Source: Methylophaga aminisulfidivorans
GTDB lineage: Bacteria; Pseudomonadota; Gammaproteobacteria; Nitrosococcales; Methylophagaceae
Reading direction: 5' to 3'
NCBI GenBank assembly: GCA_011052985.1
Contig: DRHY01000046.1
Location: 4,396 to 44,395, forward strand
Length of the DNA: 40,000 bases
The position numbers and the translations under genes were made by a program. Within the stretch, counting starts at the first letter, position 1, and every line of letters starts with the position of its first letter. Shown one piece after another: positions 34,672-40,000 of the stretch. The notes under the pieces were generated by a model, which did no database searches, was not told where the DNA came from, and saw only the letters and a program-made list of their open reading frames with translations.

Positions 34672-35097
34672 ATGAAGCACTGCAATACATGCGATACCAG
34701 TAAACAAAATGATGATTTTCACAAGAGGGCTGCATCAATTGATGGTCTAGCAGCGCGGTGCAAATCATGCCAAAGCGAGTACGACAAAACTAGAGCGAAT
34801 AAGCCTCACAGAATTATGGCGAGACGCGAATACGCTAGGACTGAAGCAGGTAAACAGGCAGCAACAAAAGCAAAGGTTTCATATATTCAAAGGAACCCAA
34901 CTAAGCGACAAGCTCACAATCAAGTAGCCAATGCTCTTCGTGATGGTCGATTAGAAAAACAACCGTGTGAAGTCTGCGGAGAAAAAGAAGTACATGCACA
35001 CCACGATGATTATGCAAAACCGCTAGATGTTAGATGGCTTTGCAATAAGCATCACAACGAATGGCACCGAATACACGGTGAAGCAGCTAACGGATAA
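34672..35097 (+). CDS. HNH-motif zinc-binding protein
   Basis: N-terminal CNTC...CKSC. C-terminal CEVCG...VHAHHDDYAKPLDVRWLCNKHHNEWH. Confidence 0.6.
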   Translation: MKHCNTCDTSKQNDDFHKRAASIDGLAARCKSCQSEYDKTRANKPHRIMARREYARTEAGKQAATKAKVSYIQRNPTKRQAHNQVANALRDGRLEKQPCEVCGEKEVHAHHDDYAKPLDVRWLCNKHHNEWHRIHGEAANG

Positions 35098-35158
35098 CCA
35101 CACAGCCCCTTAAATGGGGCTTAAAGGTGCCGGAAGGTGAAACTAAATAAAGGAATTT

Positions 35159-35431
35159 ATGATGAATGAACAAGCAGCGATGCCAAAGTACAAATGCCAT
35201 AAAGAGGTTCACGCTATAAAAATAGCAGGGGCAGAGGTTAACAAGGACGGCTCAGTGACTATAGCGCCACATGATGAATGGTTTGCCGTTTTTACAACAG
35301 AAGCGAGTTATGGGGAACGATTCAAAGGTAATGACTCTGACCCGGGTTATTACGTTATTTATGAGGGTGGATATAAGTCATGGAGTCCTTCAAAAGAATT
35401 TGAGTCAGGTTACACGCCCATCCCAACTTAA
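35159..35431 (+). CDS. Hypothetical protein
   Basis: ORF track, 90 aa. Confidence 0.5.
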   Translation: MMNEQAAMPKYKCHKEVHAIKIAGAEVNKDGSVTIAPHDEWFAVFTTEASYGERFKGNDSDPGYYVIYEGGYKSWSPSKEFESGYTPIPT

Positions 35432-35570
35432 CGCATCAAATAACAGCTTCTATGAGGTTGTTATCTAATGCGGAGTTAGTGCAAGCAAAACGACAGTGGG
35501 AGCCTGTGCCGGAGACGTAACCGGACACCGCATTACTGGTTGCTAGTCCAGTTGAAAAAACTAGCTTGTA

Positions 35571-35715
35571 TTTGAGTGGTGGTTGAATAGCAAAACGGTT
35601 TGCTAGGGAATAGCTACTGAGCGAAATACTAGGTAAGTAGCTCAGATAGTGCGCGTATCCCGACTTCTATCGCAGGAGTGTATGCGGTTCGAATCCGTGA
35701 CAGCCATCACTCAAA
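35571..35715 (+). ncRNA. Candidate tRNA-like structured RNA (not a canonical cloverleaf)
   Basis: A 15-bp closing helix (35571-85 with 35701-15, 2 G:U pairs) encloses hairpins at 35588-605 and 35612-42 plus a T-arm-like hairpin TGCGG-TTCGAAT-CCGTG (35683-99). TAGCTCAG and CTTCTA motifs are also present. The strand is assumed from tRNA-like polarity. Confidence 0.4.
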
Positions 35716-35748
35716 TGCAAATAGCAGACTTAATAACGGAGAAATGGG

Positions 35749-35952
35749 ATGAGTGAATACAAGCCACCACAACATGTAATGGATGAATGGCGCAGACAAT
35801 GTGATTGCTGCCAGATGTGCAGCGAGGTTCCTTGTGACGGAGTGATGGCAGGTGATTTTTGCGACAACTTATGTGATTGCGATGATGAGTACGAAGACTA
35901 CCGCTATTGCGACAACTGCGGCGGAGACCTATGCGATTGCGACATGTTATGA
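35749..35952 (+). CDS. Cys/Asp-rich small protein (67 aa, 12 Cys)
   Basis: GGAG lies 9 nt upstream. Repeated CDxxCDCD motifs. Confidence 0.5.
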   Translation: MSEYKPPQHVMDEWRRQCDCCQMCSEVPCDGVMAGDFCDNLCDCDDEYEDYRYCDNCGGDLCDCDML

Positions 35953-36185
35953 ACCAAACAGGCTACTGCACCACATGCAAGCAACCTAACTGCCCTACTC
36001 CTTCCATTAGGAATAGAGAGGACGGCAACTGCTCACATTGGACAGGTGGCAAAGAACATAACGAGCTAAACGAACATGAAGAATGCGAACAGTGCGGCTC
36101 AATAATGACAACACACCATGGTAATTATCCGTTGCGTTGTCGGTTTTGTGAATATCAACTGGAGACAAGCAATGACCTTAGTTAG
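35949..36185 (+). CDS. Cys-rich zinc-ribbon-like small protein (78 aa)
   Basis: ATGA overlap with the previous ORF. CTTC...C...CEQCG...CRFC. Confidence 0.5.
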   Translation: MNQTGYCTTCKQPNCPTPSIRNREDGNCSHWTGGKEHNELNEHEECEQCGSIMTTHHGNYPLRCRFCEYQLETSNDLS

Positions 36186-36348
36186 AGGTAAAAAATACAA
36201 ATTCACCAGCCAACCCGAAATCATCAAGTTTATGGGTAAGGAAAGAGGCTGGAACCAGTTTGAGCTTGATGGTCATCAAGGCGTTTGGTGTGAATTGCTC
36301 GATGAAGACTTGTGGATGATTGAAGAAGTAACAGAAGTCCAATGCTAA
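36172..36348 (+). CDS. Hypothetical small protein (58 aa)
   Basis: GGAG lies 7 nt upstream of the ATG at 36172. The ORF track lists a longer version (36118..36348). Confidence 0.45.
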   Translation: MTLVRGKKYKFTSQPEIIKFMGKERGWNQFELDGHQGVWCELLDEDLWMIEEVTEVQC

Positions 36349-36521
36349 TCCTCAGCCGAAAAACGGATACAAGCTTAATCATCGGTGACGATGTGAAGAT
36401 AACTATTAAAAAAGTGCATGTCAGGAACCAGTAAGTCACGTTTGAAATTGATGCGCCGGATGAGATTGAAGAGGTACTTTCCAAAATGGAAACAACCACT
36501 ATAGATGAATTGGAGGTGTGA
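36342..36521 (+). pseudogene. CsrA-like ORF interrupted by a single in-frame TAA (codon 31)
   Basis: Own translation: MLILSRKTDTSLIIGDDVKITIKKVHVRNQ*VTFEIDAPDEIEEVLSKMETTTIDELEV*. E. coli CsrA for comparison: [48 protein letters not shown]. Confidence 0.5.
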
Positions 36522-36990
36522 GGTGACAGATAAACCTTTATATATTTTTGATATAGACGGAACTCTCGCAAATATTGAGCACAGGTTGCACTTTATAAAA
36601 TCAGAAAAGCAGGATTGGGAGTCGTTTAATAAAGAATGTTTTTATGATCAACCCTACAAAGACATTTGCTTTCTAGCAATGAGCTTAATGATGAGCAGCG
36701 ATGTGTACTTCTTCACTGGAAGGATGGATAAACCAGAAGACGAGGTCAGGATTAACACATGGAAATGGCTTGAAAGAAACCTTAATTCATACATTGATGA
36801 AGAGAGATTGGTGATGAGGGCCAACAGTGATTATCGTCCTGACGATATCGTTAAAGAGGAAATGTATAAAAACATGCTTCAAGAGGATAAAGACCGCCTT
36901 ATATGTGTTTTTGATGACCGGCAGCGTGTAGTCGATATGTGGCGTTCAATTGGCGTTAGATGCCTACAAGTAAAAGAAGGTGATTATTAA
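36505..36990 (+). CDS. HAD-family polynucleotide 3'-phosphatase-like protein (T4 Pnk C-terminal domain-like; no kinase domain)
   Basis: Motif I is IFDIDGTLA. The C-terminus SDYRPDDIVKEEMYKNM...VFDDRQRVVDMWRSIGVRCLQVKEGDY parallels T4 Pnk ...DTRKDDVVKEEIFWKHI...[27 protein letters not shown]. An alternative GTG start at 36523 follows GGAGG. Confidence 0.8.
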   Translation: MNWRCEVTDKPLYIFDIDGTLANIEHRLHFIKSEKQDWESFNKECFYDQPYKDICFLAMSLMMSSDVYFFTGRMDKPEDEVRINTWKWLERNLNSYIDEERLVMRANSDYRPDDIVKEEMYKNMLQEDKDRLICVFDDRQRVVDMWRSIGVRCLQVKEGDY

Positions 36991-37329
36991 ATGACCAAAC
37001 CAACAAAAGAACAGATAGACACTGCTACGGGTGAGCAGCTTAGTGAATGGGTTGCTGTGTGGTGTATGGGATATGAACATGGCGAAAACGGTTTAGGTGA
37101 TAAATGTTATAGGCGTGGCAAAGACTGGATTTACGACTGGCAGCCGCACTTGGAAAATTTAAAAGGAAAGGGTCAGTCGATAGTTTTGGCTGAGAAATTC
37201 GACATGGTGATCCATGCTGCGAAAGGTGCTGTTAACTACGGAAGCTGGTATCACAAAACAGTAAAAGATAATAACTGGCAAATAGCAGCCCTAAAAGCCT
37301 GCCTCTATTCAGTTATAGGAGAAGAATGA
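36991..37329 (+). CDS. Hypothetical protein
   Basis: ORF track, 112 aa, abutting the previous stop. Confidence 0.5.
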   Translation: MTKPTKEQIDTATGEQLSEWVAVWCMGYEHGENGLGDKCYRRGKDWIYDWQPHLENLKGKGQSIVLAEKFDMVIHAAKGAVNYGSWYHKTVKDNNWQIAALKACLYSVIGEE

Positions 37330-37565
37330 TGATTAAATCAATTGAGCTTAAATTTAAATCAGGAAATGATGTGCAGGTTGACCGTGCAATCATCACCCGT
37401 GATGAGTTCATACAGATAAAACAACAAGCCGAAACGATTGAGCGGTTGAAGGCTGCATTAACCAATGTCAAAAACTGCCCTGAATCTGATTTAGCTGCAT
37501 ACGTTAAATCAGTTGACGGCATTGCATGTGAAACATTAACCAAACTAGAGGCAGGTGAGTTATGA
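37326..37565 (+). CDS. Hypothetical protein
   Basis: ORF track, 79 aa, ATGA overlap. Confidence 0.5.
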   Translation: MMIKSIELKFKSGNDVQVDRAIITRDEFIQIKQQAETIERLKAALTNVKNCPESDLAAYVKSVDGIACETLTKLEAGEL

Positions 37566-37930
37566 GTAAATTACCGGAGACATGGAATATGTCAAGAAGC
37601 ATTGCAGATGATATAGCTCGCGAAGGTTATCTTGACTGGGCTGCACATTTGAATGGGGTTATGGATATAGCGGAGGAGTTAGAAGAGCAAAACAAAGCCC
37701 TACAAGCAAAACTATCAAAACTAGGCACACACGTTCTAGCTGATGAACATGAAGAGGCTAAGCGAATTGCTGTGATGAGTAATGATGATGTGGTTAGGGA
37801 GTTGCAGGCTGAGGCTGTTTTAAATGCAATGCATTACGCCGATGAATACGCAAGTACAAAAGATAGTTGGATTGGTGGTATTCAGAAATACTACCGAAAA
37901 CTACGCAACCCAGAACAAGAGAAGGTGTGA
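37562..37930 (+). CDS. Hypothetical protein
   Basis: ORF track, 122 aa, ATGA overlap. Confidence 0.5.
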   Translation: MSKLPETWNMSRSIADDIAREGYLDWAAHLNGVMDIAEELEEQNKALQAKLSKLGTHVLADEHEEAKRIAVMSNDDVVRELQAEAVLNAMHYADEYASTKDSWIGGIQKYYRKLRNPEQEKV

Positions 37931-37932
37931 TT

Positions 37933-38184
37933 ATGAAGTTTATAGATGAAGTTTTATTAAAGGTAAAGACTTATTTCCCAGAAACAAAGCTTATAGAACC
38001 GCGCGTAGGTGCTGGGTGGCGATTAAATATTTATTATAATGGTCATTACTTTATTTATAGATTAGATAAATATAACTACCTAGAAATCAATAATGAAAAT
38101 AGGGTTGATATTATTGATTTAATTGCATCTGATGTGCGTGAAAGCGTTGAGCAAAGATATTCTATGATTGGTAAAGAGTTATGA
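37933..38184 (+). CDS. Hypothetical protein (83 aa)
   Basis: ORF track 37867..38184. The internal ATG at 37933 follows the previous stop by 2 nt. Confidence 0.5.
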   Translation: MKFIDEVLLKVKTYFPETKLIEPRVGAGWRLNIYYNGHYFIYRLDKYNYLEINNENRVDIIDLIASDVRESVEQRYSMIGKEL

Positions 38185-38438
38185 GCCTAATCATTCAAAA
38201 CGAAATAGCAAGCGAATTTCTCACTGACAAGGAAGTGATTGAGCTTACTGGGTTTGAGCAGCGTGGAAAGCAAATTGACTGGCTTATCAATAGACAATGG
38301 GCTTTTAGTGTTTCCGGGAAAAATGAAATTAAAATAAGTCGTTGGTACTCACGCATCAAAATGTCAGGTATAAATATCAATAACGATATCCATGTCAGTG
38401 GTGGCGATCAACTACCTAACTTTAATAAAGCATCATGA
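38181..38438 (+). CDS. DUF4224-like protein, putative excisionase/recombination directionality factor
   Basis: FLTDKEVIELTGFEQRGKQIDWL motif. Immediately upstream of the integrase and overlapping it. Confidence 0.55.
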   Translation: MSLIIQNEIASEFLTDKEVIELTGFEQRGKQIDWLINRQWAFSVSGKNEIKISRWYSRIKMSGININNDIHVSGGDQLPNFNKAS

Positions 38439-39547
38439 CACCTAAACCAAAAACAAAGCATCCAGAGCTACCACCTCGCATGGTTAAGCGCCAATGGAAA
38501 ACGCGTAAGGGGGTGAGTGTAGCTTATTACTACGAGCATCCACGCGATGAGGATGGTAAGCGAGTGCTTGAGTCGTTAGGCACTGACTTTGCCAAGGCCA
38601 AGCAAAAATGGGGAGAGATTGAAGGCGTTAAGGTAGATAAGTATTCAGGCGATACGCTTGGCGCTATCTATCATAAATACATGAAGTGGGCAGAAAACAA
38701 AACGCTTTCCGGGTTATCGCCTAGAACGATTAAAGACCGCAAAAACTATTGGACTCATTTGGAGCCTGTCTTTGCTCATCTGCATATTGATGCATTTAAG
38801 CCAGAGTGGTTTTTGCAGTATTTTGAATCGAGATCATCACAAGTCGGCGCTAAAAAAGAAATCAAGTTTATGTCGGTTATCTTTAACTGGGCCAAGCTTC
38901 GCGGCTTAAGCACGATAGAAAATCCGATCACAGGCACAACCAGGCAATACAAAATTAAAGAACATCGGGATATCCTTATCACTCATACTGAATATAAGGC
39001 TGTACATGACAAGTCAAGGCCGTTTATACAAGACTTAATGGATTTACTGTACATGTCAGGCGCTAGGCCAGATGAGGCGATTAGCTTTAGATTTGCGGAT
39101 GATAAAGGTCATGAGCTTGTCTATCGGATGGGTAAAACCAGAAAGATTAAACGAGTGCAGATTGGGTCTGACTTACGCAAGTTAATTAATAAGCGTAAAA
39201 AGCTGCTGAAGTCATCCAGAGTAACAATGATTAACCCTACTATTCTATTTGATGATAAAGGCCGAAAGCTGACGCTTGGTGGCACAATAAAATACTGGTT
39301 TGGAATAGCGCGTGATGATGCAGAACTAGAAAGACGCTGGCAGCTAAAGGATATACGTCCGTATGCCGCAACTGAGCGATATAGAAAAGAAGGTATTGAG
39401 GCAACACGTAAACTGCTAGGGCACTCAACAGAAGCGCAAACGCGCAGTTACATCAGGGACTATTTAGGGGAGGAAACAGAGTCGCACGAAATGCAAAACA
39501 ATGGCATTATGGCGAAAGTAAAACGTGAGAATGGCGAAAGTAGTTAG
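38435..39547 (+). CDS. int: Tyrosine integrase
   Basis: 370 aa. Catalytic-region motifs: SGARPDEAISF, LKDIRPYAAT, LLGHSTEAQTRSYIRDY. Adjacent to the tRNA 3' end. Confidence 0.9.
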   Translation: MTPKPKTKHPELPPRMVKRQWKTRKGVSVAYYYEHPRDEDGKRVLESLGTDFAKAKQKWGEIEGVKVDKYSGDTLGAIYHKYMKWAENKTLSGLSPRTIKDRKNYWTHLEPVFAHLHIDAFKPEWFLQYFESRSSQVGAKKEIKFMSVIFNWAKLRGLSTIENPITGTTRQYKIKEHRDILITHTEYKAVHDKSRPFIQDLMDLLYMSGARPDEAISFRFADDKGHELVYRMGKTRKIKRVQIGSDLRKLINKRKKLLKSSRVTMINPTILFDDKGRKLTLGGTIKYWFGIARDDAELERRWQLKDIRPYAATERYRKEGIEATRKLLGHSTEAQTRSYIRDYLGEETESHEMQNNGIMAKVKRENGESS

Positions 39548-39577
39548 TGGATACTATCGTTGATACGGCTTAAGAAA

Positions 39578-39654
39578 TGGTACGCCCGGCAGGACTCGAA
39601 CCTGCTACCCTCGGCTTAGAAGGCCGATGCTCTATCCGGATGAGCTACGGGCGC
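39578..39654 (-). tRNA. tRNA-Arg (anticodon UCU)
   Basis: Reverse complement: GCGCCCGTAGCTCATCCGGATAGAGCATCGGCCTTCTAAGCCGAGGGTAGCAGGTTCGAGTCCTGCCGGGCGTACCA. It folds as a cloverleaf with anticodon loop CTTCTAA and closely resembles E. coli argU. Confidence 0.9.
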
Positions 39655-39686
39655 ATTGTCTTGAAGCGAGGAGAAGATTAAGGAAG

Positions 39687-39763
<77 letters not shown>

Positions 39764-39904
39764 ACTTTTTCGAGAAGTCATCCCCGAAGAAGGCGAAATA
39801 ATACGTTGTTGGTTTCCAAGAGTCAATCACTGATTTGATATTTTTTGCTGTTGAACTCTCATCGTGCGATTATAGCGGCTTTTGCATGACTGGGAACCTT
39901 CTGA

Positions 39905-40000
39905 ATGAGCGCACAGATAATCGATGGCAAAGCCATAGCTGCTGAACTTAAACAACAACTCAAACTAGCAACAACAGACCGTCTATCTGAGGGAAAGCGT
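39905..40000 (+). CDS. folD: Bifunctional methylenetetrahydrofolate dehydrogenase/cyclohydrolase FolD, N-terminal 32 codons (runs off the right edge)
   Basis: MSAQIIDGKAIAAELKQQLKLATTDRLSEGKR compares with E. coli FolD MAAKIIDGKTIAQQVRSEV.... Confidence 0.8.
   Translation, partial: MSAQIIDGKAIAAELKQQLKLATTDRLSEGKR

Larger units (their letters stand above)
1..39577. mobile_element. Temperate prophage (contractile-tail morphogenesis module, lambda-like regulatory layout). Right end abuts tRNA-Arg; left end is outside the window.
   Basis: Continuous phage gene content from position 1 to the integrase (38435..39547), which sits directly next to the 3' end of a tRNA gene. Host genes (tRNAs, folD) appear only to the right. 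Confidence 0.85.

Noticed and set aside
13177-35121. Apparent family of GCCCC(G)-A/T loop-(C)GGGGC hairpins (13177-13194, 21078-21103, 35104-35121) as a dispersed repeat element
   Set aside because: The shared part is only a short G/C stem with an AATTAA-like loop. The flanks are unrelated. Independent intrinsic terminators or stabiliser hairpins are the simpler explanation.
35612-35642. Idea that the tRNA-like element is an ochre suppressor tRNA that would read the TAA inside the CsrA-like ORF
   Set aside because: No hairpin loop presents a U-turn context with a TTA anticodon. The loops read ACGG, GAGCGAAATACTAGGTA and CTTCTA. Nothing in the sequence supports suppression.
35630-35707. Canonical 76-nt tRNA-Arg(UCU) gene call around TAGCTCAG...CTTCTA...GGTTCGAATCC
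   Set aside because: I tried to fold a standard cloverleaf and it fails. The local 5' segment (AGGTAAG) cannot pair with the 3' acceptor strand (ACAGCCA). The anticodon stem has only 3+3 bp with a bulge and a 6-nt loop. No CCA is encoded. The region is therefore reported only as a tRNA-like element that needs covariance-model testing.
1-39577. Second copy of the tRNA-Arg 3' segment (the other att site) within the window
   Set aside because: I looked for the TGGTACGCCCGGCAGGACTCGAACC motif elsewhere and did not see it. The left prophage end is evidently beyond position 1.

Overview
Positions 1 to about 39,577 are a temperate, lambda-like-regulated contractile-tailed prophage. It sits at the 3' end of a host tRNA-Arg(UCU) gene. 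The host flank holds tRNA-Arg(UCU), tRNA-Pro(UGG) and the 5' end of folD. The left prophage end lies outside the window. Layout from left to right: (1) a minus-strand late/structural operon from 1 to 19,794 (tail fibres, baseplate, hub with lytic transglycosylase domain, tape measure, frameshifting chaperone, tube, sheath, neck, capsid, protease/scaffold, Mu-F-like protein, portal, TerL, TerS); (2) a moron-like pair of a small membrane protein and a CheY-like receiver at the head of the late operon; (3) a Q82/QuuD-like antiterminator gene followed by a promoter and a short terminated leader; (4) a minus-strand early-right operon (cro, LuxR-type regulator, O-like initiator with four iterons, P-like loader, two HNH-AP2 endonucleases, methyltransferase, NinB-like, YbcO-like, TraR-like, RuvC-like); (5) a lambda-style immunity region, cro-OR-cI-rexA-like-rexB-like-terminator, with 13-bp palindromic operators at OR (three) and OL (two); (6) a plus-strand early-left operon (ERF annealase, YqaJ exonuclease, SSB, HNH, small Cys-rich proteins, an interrupted CsrA-like ORF, a T4 Pnk-phosphatase-like HAD protein, Xis-like protein, integrase). 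Items most worth follow-up: the phage-borne CheY-like receiver cassette; a roughly 145-nt tRNA-like structured element in a 317-nt non-coding gap; a CsrA-like gene split by one in-frame TAA; very Cys/Asp-rich small proteins; and the RexAB-like exclusion pair. All homology statements come from reading the translations by eye. No searches were run.
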